Of a stretch of 64,000 nucleotides of DNA, positions 56,164 through 64,000 are shown in pieces. Position numbers and translations under genes: made by a program. Below the pieces are notes generated by a model that was not told where the DNA came from, ran no database searches, and saw only the letters and a list, made by a program, of their open reading frames with translations. Positions within the stretch are counted from its first letter, which is position 1; each line of letters begins with the position of its first letter. Location of the stretch: the NCBI GenBank assembly GCA_963813535.1, contig CAWEZH010000003.1:576001-640000 (forward strand), given 5' to 3'. This stretch comes from an uncultured Chloroflexia bacterium (lineage in GTDB: Bacteria; Chloroflexota; Limnocylindria; Limnocylindrales; CSP1-4).

Positions 56164-56982
56164 CTACACCAGGCGGTAGGCGTCCGGTCGGCGGTTTGCG
56201 AGCGACGGGATCTGGCGTCGGACCGACTTGACGCGGTCGGTGTCGACCTCCGCTCGGACGATCCCGACGCCGTCGGGCGCCTGCGCGACGACCGTCCCCC
56301 ACGGGTCGATGACCATCGAGCGCCCGAATGCCGGCTGCCCGGGCGGTCCACCAGCCTGACCTGGAGCCAGGACCCATGCGCCGTTCTCGATCGCCCGCGC
56401 CCGCAGCAGGACCTCCCAATGGTCGCGGCCCGTCCGTTCGGTGAAATTCGCCGGGACCGTCAGGACCTCGGCACCGGCCAGCGCGAGCGTCCGATAGAGC
56501 TCCGGGAAGCGGAGGTCGTAGCAGATGCTCAGACCGACGCTCACGCCCTCGACATCGACGACGACCGGGGTGTCGCCGGCCGTCACCCGAGCCGATTCGC
56601 GATCCACGGGGCCGTCATCCACATCGACATCGAACATGTGGATCTTCCGGTAGGTCGCTGCGATCGAGCCGTCGGGCGCGAACAGCACGCTGGTGTTGCA
56701 CGGGCGATCCGGGTCGCCGCCCGACTCGGCCAGGCTGCCCGCCAGGATCCAGGCGCCGCGACGAGCCGCGACGTCAGCAAAGGCATCTGTGAATGGACCG
56801 GGGATCGGGCGGGCAGATGCACGGAAGCCCGCGTCGTCTCCGCGGTACTGCAGGTACTCGGGCAGCACGACGAGTCGCGCTCCCGAGGCGGCGGCATCGT
56901 CGGCCAGGCTCGTCGCTCGGTCGATGTTCGCGTCGACATCACCGGTGGCATCGAGCTGCACGAGGGCGACGGCCAATCGCAT
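56164..56982 (-). CDS. Carbon-nitrogen hydrolase (Nit1/YbeM deaminated glutathione amidase-like)
   Basis: LPE, YRKIHMFD, SICYDLRFPE, HWEVLLRARAIEN, DPWG. Confidence 0.92.
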   Translation of the reverse strand: MRLAVALVQLDATGDVDANIDRATSLADDAAASGARLVVLPEYLQYRGDDAGFRASARPIPGPFTDAFADVAARRGAWILAGSLAESGGDPDRPCNTSVLFAPDGSIAATYRKIHMFDVDVDDGPVDRESARVTAGDTPVVVDVEGVSVGLSICYDLRFPELYRTLALAGAEVLTVPANFTERTGRDHWEVLLRARAIENGAWVLAPGQAGGPPGQPAFGRSMVIDPWGTVVAQAPDGVGIVRAEVDTDRVKSVRRQIPSLANRRPDAYRLV

Positions 56983-57037
56983 CGCAGCATCCTATCGCCG
57001 ACACGGCGGCGGAACCCGGATGGGTCGCGAGGGCCGG

Positions 57038-57775
57038 TCAGCGGATGCCGGTGTCGAACGCCAGCGTGACCTCGGTGATCCGGCCGTCCTCCACCGTGAC
57101 GCGCTGCGCCTCCGGACCATCCATGAAACCGGCGACGCCCTCGGCGGTAACCGCGTAGGCGCCCGGCTGCAGGCCGAGGAACCGTTGACCCGCTGCGTCC
57201 AGGACGACCTTCTCCCGGACGGCTCCGCCCGCGTCCATCACGAGCACGGTGATATTGGGGACCGGCTTGGGAGCACAGGCCGGGTCGGGCGGCACGGTCT
57301 CGACCGGACAGGTCGGCCCGGCGACAGCGATCACGTGGATGCCCGTCCCCGTTCCGTCGCCTCCACCGGGCGACGGGAACGCCGCCGGCGGCACCTCGGC
57401 GCCACCCTCGGACTGGAGCGTCACCGTCCCGTCCGGACCCACGGCATACACCCATGTGTGCTCGTCGATGCAGCCAGCCTGGCAGTCGCCCCAGCCCACG
57501 CGCATGCTGACCAGGAACGCCCCGACACCGGACGCCGGTGCGACCTCGTACCAGCTCGACTGGCCGATCATGCCCGGGTCGCGCGGCCGGATGCCCGTGA
57601 AACGCGGCTCGTGGGCGATCACCCGGGCCACCGCATCGGCTCCCGTCGTCACCGGACCGCCGGCAGGAGGGACGGACGGGTCGGCCGATCCGGATGGGGC
57701 AGCGCCGGCACCGCATGCGGCGAGCGACAGCAGGGCCGTTACGATGAGCACGATCGGGATGACGAGTCTCGGCAT
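57038..57775 (-). CDS. Hypothetical lipoprotein
   Basis: LLSLAAC lipobox; GWGDCQAGCID; AGPTCPVE...DPAC.P; FDTGIR C-terminus. Confidence 0.75.
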   Translation of the reverse strand: MPRLVIPIVLIVTALLSLAACGAGAAPSGSADPSVPPAGGPVTTGADAVARVIAHEPRFTGIRPRDPGMIGQSSWYEVAPASGVGAFLVSMRVGWGDCQAGCIDEHTWVYAVGPDGTVTLQSEGGAEVPPAAFPSPGGGDGTGTGIHVIAVAGPTCPVETVPPDPACAPKPVPNITVLVMDAGGAVREKVVLDAAGQRFLGLQPGAYAVTAEGVAGFMDGPEAQRVTVEDGRITEVTLAFDTGIR

Positions 57776-57814
57776 GCCCTTCCGGACGGTCGCGTTCCGG
57801 CTACAGTTCCGCGG

Positions 57815-58522
57815 ATGCCGCCGATCGACTTCACCGACGTCGAGGCCCTGACCTTCGACTGCTACGGGACGCTGATCGACTGGGAGGCTGGGCTGACCGC
57901 GGCCTTCCAAGTCGTCCTCGACGCCCATGGCGTGCGGCACGACCCGGAGGACGTGCTGACTCGCTATGCCCGACACGAGGCGACCGCCGAGGGCGGCCCA
58001 TACCGGACGTACGCGGAGGTGCTCGCGGCGGGACTTCGCGGTGTCGGAGCAGAGCTCGGGTTCGAGCCGACGGGGGACGAGGTCGCCGCCTTCTCCCGGT
58101 CGGTCGAGGCGTGGCCCGCGTTCCCGGACGCTTCCGAGGCGCTGCAGCGGCTCAAGCGTCGGTTCCGACTCGGCGTCCTGACCAACTGCGATGACGATCT
58201 GTTCGCCCCATCGAACCGGCGCCTGGGCGTCGAGTTCGACTGGGTCGTCACCGCGCAGCAGGTCGGTTCCTACAAGCCGAACGAGCGCAACTTCAACGTC
58301 TTGCTCGACCGGCTCGGCCTGCCGACGGATCGGGTCGTGCACGTGGCCCAGAGCCTCTTCCACGATCACGCGCCGGCCAAGCGACTCGGGCTGACGACGG
58401 TCTGGATCGACCGGCGCCACGATCGTCCCGGCTCGGGTGCGACGCCGCCGGCCAATGCCCAGCCCGACGCCACGTATCCGGATATGGCGTCCTTGGCCGA
58501 GGCCGCGGTCCCGGACGTCTAA
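57815..58522 (+). CDS. Haloacid dehalogenase type II (HAD superfamily)
   Basis: FDCYGTLIDWE, LTNCDD, SYKP, HVAQSLFHD. Confidence 0.92.
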   Translation: MPPIDFTDVEALTFDCYGTLIDWEAGLTAAFQVVLDAHGVRHDPEDVLTRYARHEATAEGGPYRTYAEVLAAGLRGVGAELGFEPTGDEVAAFSRSVEAWPAFPDASEALQRLKRRFRLGVLTNCDDDLFAPSNRRLGVEFDWVVTAQQVGSYKPNERNFNVLLDRLGLPTDRVVHVAQSLFHDHAPAKRLGLTTVWIDRRHDRPGSGATPPANAQPDATYPDMASLAEAAVPDV

Positions 58523-58533
58523 ACGACCCGACC

Positions 58534-59427
58534 TCAACCGGCTTTCGGCGGTTCCTCGTTCGATGCGTCCAGGAACCCGCGGAAGCTTTCCGCCAATGCC
58601 GTGACCTCGAGCGGCAGGATGTACTTCGTCGACGGGCTGGCACCCAGTGCCTTGAACGCCTCGAGGTACTGGAGGGCCATCGTCTTCTGGTCCACCTGCG
58701 ACGCGGCGCGATAGATCTGCTCGAGCGCGAGCGCGAACCCTTCCGCGCGCAGGATCGCCGCCTGGCGGTCGCCCTCGGCCCGCAGGATCTCGGCCTGCTT
58801 GGTGCCCTCGGCCACGTTGATGGCCGACTGCCGACTCCCTTCGGATTCGGTGATGACCGCGCGGCGCGTCCGCTCCGCGGACAGCTGGCGGTTCATCGCG
58901 TCCTGGACGTCGCGCGGCGGCGTGATCTCGCGGATCTCGACGGTCGTGACCTTGCCGCCCCACCGCTCGGTCACCTCGTCGAGCTTGACGCGGAGGACCT
59001 CGTTGATCTGCTCGCGCTTGGACAGAACGTCGTCGAGGAGGATGTCGCCCACCACCGCTCGCAGCGTCGTCGTGGCGATGTTCTGGAGTGCGCCGTTGAA
59101 GTTCTGGACCTCGATGACGCTCTTGTACGGGTCGGCGATCCGCCAGTAGATCAGGAAGTCGATGCTGATCGGGGCGTTGTCCTTGGTGATACCCGTCTGG
59201 CTCGGGACTTCGATGAACTGCTCGCGCAGGTCGACACGCACACCACGCTGCAGGATCGGCACGACGAACACCCAACCCGGACCCTTGACCTCGTCGGGAC
59301 TGGTCCGGCCCAGGGTGAACACGAGAAGGCGCTCGTACTGGTTGACGATCTTGATCGCGGCCCAGAACAGGAGCAGGCCGACGGCAAGGAGGAAGGCGAC
59401 CGCCAAGGCGACGACCACGATGTCCAC
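58534..59427 (-). CDS. SPFH/stomatin-like (slipin) protein
   Basis: N-terminal TM, VDLRE, ITKDN, TTLRAVVG, AER.RRA.I..SEG, LQYLE. Confidence 0.93.
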   Translation of the reverse strand: MDIVVVALAVAFLLAVGLLLFWAAIKIVNQYERLLVFTLGRTSPDEVKGPGWVFVVPILQRGVRVDLREQFIEVPSQTGITKDNAPISIDFLIYWRIADPYKSVIEVQNFNGALQNIATTTLRAVVGDILLDDVLSKREQINEVLRVKLDEVTERWGGKVTTVEIREITPPRDVQDAMNRQLSAERTRRAVITESEGSRQSAINVAEGTKQAEILRAEGDRQAAILRAEGFALALEQIYRAASQVDQKTMALQYLEAFKALGASPSTKYILPLEVTALAESFRGFLDASNEEPPKAG

Positions 59428-59439
59428 TCTGGGCTCCTT

Positions 59440-59766
59440 CTACTGTGCCGGACTTTCGACCGGCGATGCGACGACGATGAGGATGAGGCCGTCCTGGCCG
59501 ACGACCCGGACCGACGCACCCGATCCGATGGTCGATCCGTTGCTCGAGCGAGCGGTCCATTCCTCGCCCGCCGCGTAGACGACGCCGGTCCGCGCGATCG
59601 CAGTCCGGGCGACACCGTCCGTGCCCACCGGGACGGTGTTCGTCCCACCGGCACCGAACGCCTCTGCATCGTGGCGGCGTCGGAGGATGATGCGGAGCAC
59701 GCCGACGATCGCGAAGATCGCGATCACCGTCACGAACGCTGCAGGCAGGACCTGATCGGTCGTCAC
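59440..59766 (-). CDS. Short NfeD-like protein (1 TM plus OB fold)
   Basis: GVVYAAGEEWTARS...VRVVGQDGLILIV; GTGA coupling to nfeD. Confidence 0.8.
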   Translation of the reverse strand: MTTDQVLPAAFVTVIAIFAIVGVLRIILRRRHDAEAFGAGGTNTVPVGTDGVARTAIARTGVVYAAGEEWTARSSNGSTIGSGASVRVVGQDGLILIVVASPVESPAQ

Positions 59767-61180
59767 GATGCGCTCCCCTCGATGGCCGACCCGGCTCCCG
59801 GTCCGGGTTCGACGATGAGGGTAAGCCCGTCCTGACCGACGACGCGGATCTCCTGACCGGGAGGGATCTCGTCCCCGCTGCTCGAGCGTGCCGTCCACTC
59901 CTCGCCGGCCGCATAGACGACACCGAGCGGCGCGAGCGAAGTCCGGACGATCCCCTCGCTGCCGGCCGGCACCATGCTGCTGCCACCGGCGCCATAGACA
60001 TGCGCGTATGCCAGGCTGCGGCGGCGGACGCGCACGATGGTGAACAGGGCGACGACCATGAACGCCGCCGTCGCGACGGCTGTGAGCACGACGAGCGGTG
60101 CCGCGACCGTGACGTCCGGGGCCGTCGGCGAGCCCGGCGCCGTGTAGAGCGTGGACGCGCCCAGCACGAAGCAGACGAGCCCGCCGACGGCCAGGAGGCC
60201 GTGACTGGCCACGGTCAGCTCGAGGACGAAGAGCAGCACGGCGAGCCCGATGAGGATCAGACCCGCCACGTTGAGCGGCAGGCTGCCGAAGCCGATGAAG
60301 GCCAGGATCAGCGCGATCGCGCCGAGGATGCCGGTCACGAAGTTCGGGCTCTGGAGCTCGAACAGGAGGCCGTAGAAGCCGAGCGTCAGCAGGATGAACG
60401 CGACATTCGGATCGGACAGCAGGTGGATGATCGACTGGAACGGGTTCATGCCGACATCGACGAACGCGGCGTCGGTCAGTTCGAGCGTCACGGGCTCGGA
60501 TCGGACCTCGACCGTCTGGCCGTCCGCCTGGCTTCGGACATCCTCGAGCGACGTGGCGATGCCATCGACTGCGCCGACCGCGACCGCTTCGCTGGCCGTC
60601 GACGACACCGCCTTGTCGACGGTCGAGACGGCCCACTCGACGTTGCGACCGCGATGCTCGGCGATCGACCGGATGTTGGCGATGGCATCGTTCTTGACCT
60701 TGTCCCCGATGGTGCCCGTCAGTTCCTCGCCGCCGGCACCGACCGGTGACGCTGCGCCGATGTTCGTTCCCGGCGCCATGTACGCGAGGTTGGCGGCGAG
60801 CGTGATGAACGTCCCGGCGCTGGCAGCCCGGCCGCCACTGGGCGCCACCCAGACGATCGTCGGCACGGGAGCCTCGAGCAGGGCCGACACGATCCGCTGG
60901 GTCGCGTCGAGGCTGCCGCCCGGCGTGTTGAGGGTCACGATCACGGCCGATGCACCACCGTCCAACGCCTGCGCCACGCCCTGCTCGACATACGTCGCCA
61001 TGACGTTGTCGACGACACCCGTCGCCGTCAGCACGTCGATATGCCTGCGGTCTCGTCGGCGCCGCGGACGATGACGACCGGCTGGCGTATGGCGGCCAGC
61101 AACAACCACGCCATCCCGGCGAGGAGGATCGAACGACTGAGGCGAGCCGCGGATCGGCTCGCCCGCGCGGATGGACGCAT
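59763..61180 (-). CDS. nfeD: NfeD membrane-bound serine protease, apparent frameshift near 61043
   Basis: LNTPGGSL, AASAG, GTNIGAASP, DPNVA, C-terminal OB; the signal peptide MRPSAR...ILLAGMAWLLLAA is in another frame, and the total length is one base short of a multiple of 3. Confidence 0.85.
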
Positions 61181-61308
61181 CGGAAACGCTCGTGCGCATT
61201 ATCGCGCGCCCTCGACCAAAACCTCCTCGATGACATCACGTCGCGTGCACACACGATGGCCGGGCCCTGTTCGGGACCCGGCCACCGAGTAGCGGCGTGC
61301 GCGGCGCG

Positions 61309-61647
61309 CTACATGATCCCGACGATGTGACCCTCGGGATCGGCGAAGAGTGCGACGTTCGTCTCGGGAGCGACCTCGGTCAGCGGCATGATCACGCGAC
61401 CGCCACCTGCCGCCGCCTTGTCGAGCACACCCTGCGGGTCGTCGGTGTGGACGTAGAAGGTCACGTGACCCTGACCGCCGTCCTGGCTGGCGCCGATCCC
61501 ACCGGTCAGCCCGCCATCCTGGCGATACATCCCGTAGCCGCCGGGATTGCTCGTGTCCAGGCTCCACCCGAACACGTCCTTGTAGAACTGCTGCAGCGCC
61601 GGCCCGTCCTTGCCGACGACCTCGACGTGTACGACCGTCGTCCCCAT
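61309..61647 (-). CDS. VOC/glyoxalase-family protein
   Basis: VVHVEV, FYKDVFGW, GGIG, FADPEGH. Confidence 0.92.
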   Translation of the reverse strand: MGTTVVHVEVVGKDGPALQQFYKDVFGWSLDTSNPGGYGMYRQDGGLTGGIGASQDGGQGHVTFYVHTDDPQGVLDKAAAGGGRVIMPLTEVAPETNVALFADPEGHIVGIM

Positions 61648-61758
61648 GGGAGACCTCCATTCTGTTTCGGCGGCAGATCGGCCGCCCCATCACTCACACG
61701 ACGAACGGGGACAACGCGAATCGACAGGGTGCAGATCGCGGCTCCCCGGGCCCAACGC

Positions 61759-62835
61759 CTATGGCAGCGGTCGCCAGGCCTGCGCGAGCAGGACGGCCAG
61801 CGCAACGAGCACCGCCCCGAGGGCCACGAACAGCACGCTGATCTCCATGATCTCGTGCTTGGTGATGAGGTTGGTCGGGAGGTTCTCGAAGACCGTGTGG
61901 AGCTCGTCGGCGCTCTCGGCCGGGTAGTACGTCCCGCCTGTCGCGTCGGCGACGGCTTTCAGCGTCTCCTCATCGATCGCGCGCCGGAACCCGCCGCCGC
62001 CCCCACCGCCGCCACCGGTCCCGCCGAAGCCGAACTGGTCGGCGGGTTCGCGACCGACGAACTGGAGGCCGCACGGTGGTCGCTCCGCGTTGGGGTCCGC
62101 CGTCCCGAAGCCGATCGTGTAGACGCGGATGCCTCGGGCCGCGGCCTCGGCGGCGGCCTCCACAGGGACGGGGCCGGCGTTGCTGGCGCCATCGGTCAGC
62201 AGCACGATGATCGCGGGGGCGTAGGCCCCACGCGGCACCGGGCTTGGCACGGTTGCTGGATCGGAGCCGCCGGCCGGCAGCGGGGCGACGCTGTCATCGA
62301 TCTCGGCGATGGCGTCGAGCAATTCGAGGATCGCGCTGCCGATCGCGGTTCGCCGTCCTGTCGTCAGGCTCTCGACGACGTCCAGCAACACCTCCTGGTC
62401 GGTCGTGGGTGTCTGCACGATCTCGGCGAAACCGGCGAACGCGACGATGCCGATCTGCGTGCTCGATCCCTGCCGGTCGATGAACGAGGCGGCGGCCTCT
62501 TCGGCTGCGACCAGTCGGTTGGGTGGGATGTCGGTGGCGCACATGCTGCGCGAGACGTCCATCGCGAGGATCACCGTCGTCCGGCCGGCCGGCACGCTCA
62601 CGATCTGGACCGGCCGCGCCATCGCCACGACCAGGCTCGCGAGACCGAGCGTGAACAGGGCGAACGGCAGGTGTCGGCGGATCCATGAGGAACCGGTCAC
62701 GGCCTCCCGGATGAGTGCGAGGCTGGAGTAGCGCAGTGCCGGCTTCCTGCGCCTCAGCAGCCAGATCCGGGCGACGACCAGGATCGGGACGATGGCCAGG
62801 AGCAGGAAGGCCCCGGGCGCGAGGACGTCCATCAC
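61759..62835 (-). CDS. VWA-domain membrane protein (BatA-like)
   Basis: MARP, MIDAS DVSRSM, PNRL.AA, TAIG, LLTDG, VYTIGFG. Confidence 0.92.
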   Translation of the reverse strand: MMDVLAPGAFLLLAIVPILVVARIWLLRRRKPALRYSSLALIREAVTGSSWIRRHLPFALFTLGLASLVVAMARPVQIVSVPAGRTTVILAMDVSRSMCATDIPPNRLVAAEEAAASFIDRQGSSTQIGIVAFAGFAEIVQTPTTDQEVLLDVVESLTTGRRTAIGSAILELLDAIAEIDDSVAPLPAGGSDPATVPSPVPRGAYAPAIIVLLTDGASNAGPVPVEAAAEAAARGIRVYTIGFGTADPNAERPPCGLQFVGREPADQFGFGGTGGGGGGGGGFRRAIDEETLKAVADATGGTYYPAESADELHTVFENLPTNLITKHEIMEISVLFVALGAVLVALAVLLAQAWRPLP

Positions 62836-63852
62836 GGCAGTCGCCCCAGCCAGAGGAGCGCCCCCGCCGCACCCACGAGGAGGATCAGGACGCCCGCCCC
62901 GGCGAAGAGCGAGGTGACCTCGGTCGCCTCGGGCCGGATGACGAACCGGGTCTCGATGTCGTCGTAGATCGACGCCAGCTCCGCCGGGTCCGCCGCGGCG
63001 TAGTACGCGCCGTCGGTGAGCTCCGCGATACGGCGGAGCGATGGTTCGTCGAGCTGGCTATGGACACGGAAACCCTCGACCTCCAGCGTCGCGCCCTCCT
63101 TCGTGCCGAGACCGACCGTGAAGATGCGGACGCCCCGCTCGGCCGCGGCCCCTGCCGCTTCGAGTGGATCCGGCCGCTGGTTGTTCTCGCCGTCGGTGAG
63201 CAGGACGATCGCCGCCGGGGCATGCGTCCCGGGCGGAACGACCGGGGGCAGCGGATCGGGATCCGGCGAGCGGTTCGTGTAGTAGCCGGCCTCTGGGTCC
63301 CGGTCGGCGGCCGCGATCGCGGTCAGCGAGGAGACGATGCCGCGGGCGATCGATGTCCCGCGTTCGGGTCCCAGCCGGTCGATCGCCGCGAGGACCTGCG
63401 CCTGGTCGGAGGTGGGCACGAGCATCGAGAAGCCGGTGTCACTGAACGCGACGATGCCGATGAAGGATCGTCGTCGGCTGGCGGGAGACGAACGTCCGAG
63501 CTGCGGCCTTGGCCGCCTCCATGCGGCTCGGATCCATATCCGTGGCGGCCATGCTGCCGGACACGTCGAACGACAGGATGACCGTCCCCTCGAACCGTGG
63601 GACGCCGATGACGCTCTGCGGTCTGGCCAGAGCCAGGACGAGGACCGTCATCCCGGTCAGCAACAGGGCGGCCGGGATCCGGCGTCGCAGCGTACTGCGG
63701 CGGCCCGCTCCTCCCGCTGGCGTCGGGCTTGCCCGGAGCGCGCCGAGCGCATCGATCCGTCGTCGACGCCGCGCTTCGCGCCGGGCGTAGAGCGCGGCAC
63801 CCAACGGGATAGCCAGGAGCAGCAGCAGCATCGACGGCCAGAGGAAGCTCAC
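62832..63852 (-). CDS. VWA-domain membrane protein (BatA-like), apparent frameshift near 63463
   Basis: The 5' ORF carries LARP and DVSGSM; reading continues in another frame as IGIVAFSDTG...LLTDGE...IFTVGLG; one extra base in atccttcatcggc. Confidence 0.85.
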
Positions 63853-63854
63853 GC

Positions 63855-64000
63855 CTATGTCCGTCGGCGCCGGCGGCGCAGTGTGGCCATCCGAACGATC
63901 GCCTGGACCAGGTCGTCATCGGTCGACAGGGCGACCGCGTCCACGCCCGCCTTCCGGAACGCATCCCGGAGCGTCACCTCTCGACGCTCCGACGCCTCGC
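63855..64000 (-). CDS. DUF58-family protein, C-terminal fragment (5' part outside window)
   Basis: ...LRDAFRKAGVDAVALSTDDDLVQAIVRMATLRRRRRRT*, directly upstream of VWA genes as in MoxR-DUF58-VWA operons. Confidence 0.7.
   Translation of the reverse strand, partial: EASERREVTLRDAFRKAGVDAVALSTDDDLVQAIVRMATLRRRRRRT

Noticed and set aside
57815-58522. HAD gene as synteny support for an Ms1 assignment
   Set aside because: It is a type II haloacid dehalogenase two genes away, not the SerB-like HAD-IB gene that flanks Ms1

Overview
High-GC bacterial chromosome segment with densely packed genes. The gene set (DarA, GuaB3, Ycf45-R3H ATPase, F420-type oxidoreductases, USP-GpgS, Tad pseudopilins, many leaderless genes) suggests a monoderm, probably Chloroflexota; this is inference only. 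Contents: NarL- and OmpR-type two-component systems, tmk-ECF sigma-anti-sigma, darA opposite a GGDEF gene, tldD/pmbA, pdxST, a fragmented leucine-catabolism (liu/mcc) cluster, cca, galE, a glucosylglycerate operon, three Tad minor pilins, nfeD-SPFH and the end of a DUF58-VWA-VWA operon. I saw no rRNA, tRNA, CRISPR array, transposase or prophage. The strongest leads are: (1) a biotin carboxylase (MccA) fused to an excisionase/BldC-type HTH, with a 14-bp tandem repeat over its own putative promoter; (2) an unannotated, highly structured ~250-nt RNA gene after the tad cassette, possibly 6S/Ms1-like; (3) a ligase-fold protein lacking the catalytic lysine; (4) a tandem-USP-GpgS fusion. Two apparent single-base frameshifts (nfeD, VWA) may be assembly errors. 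All calls come from manual motif recognition, with no database searches.
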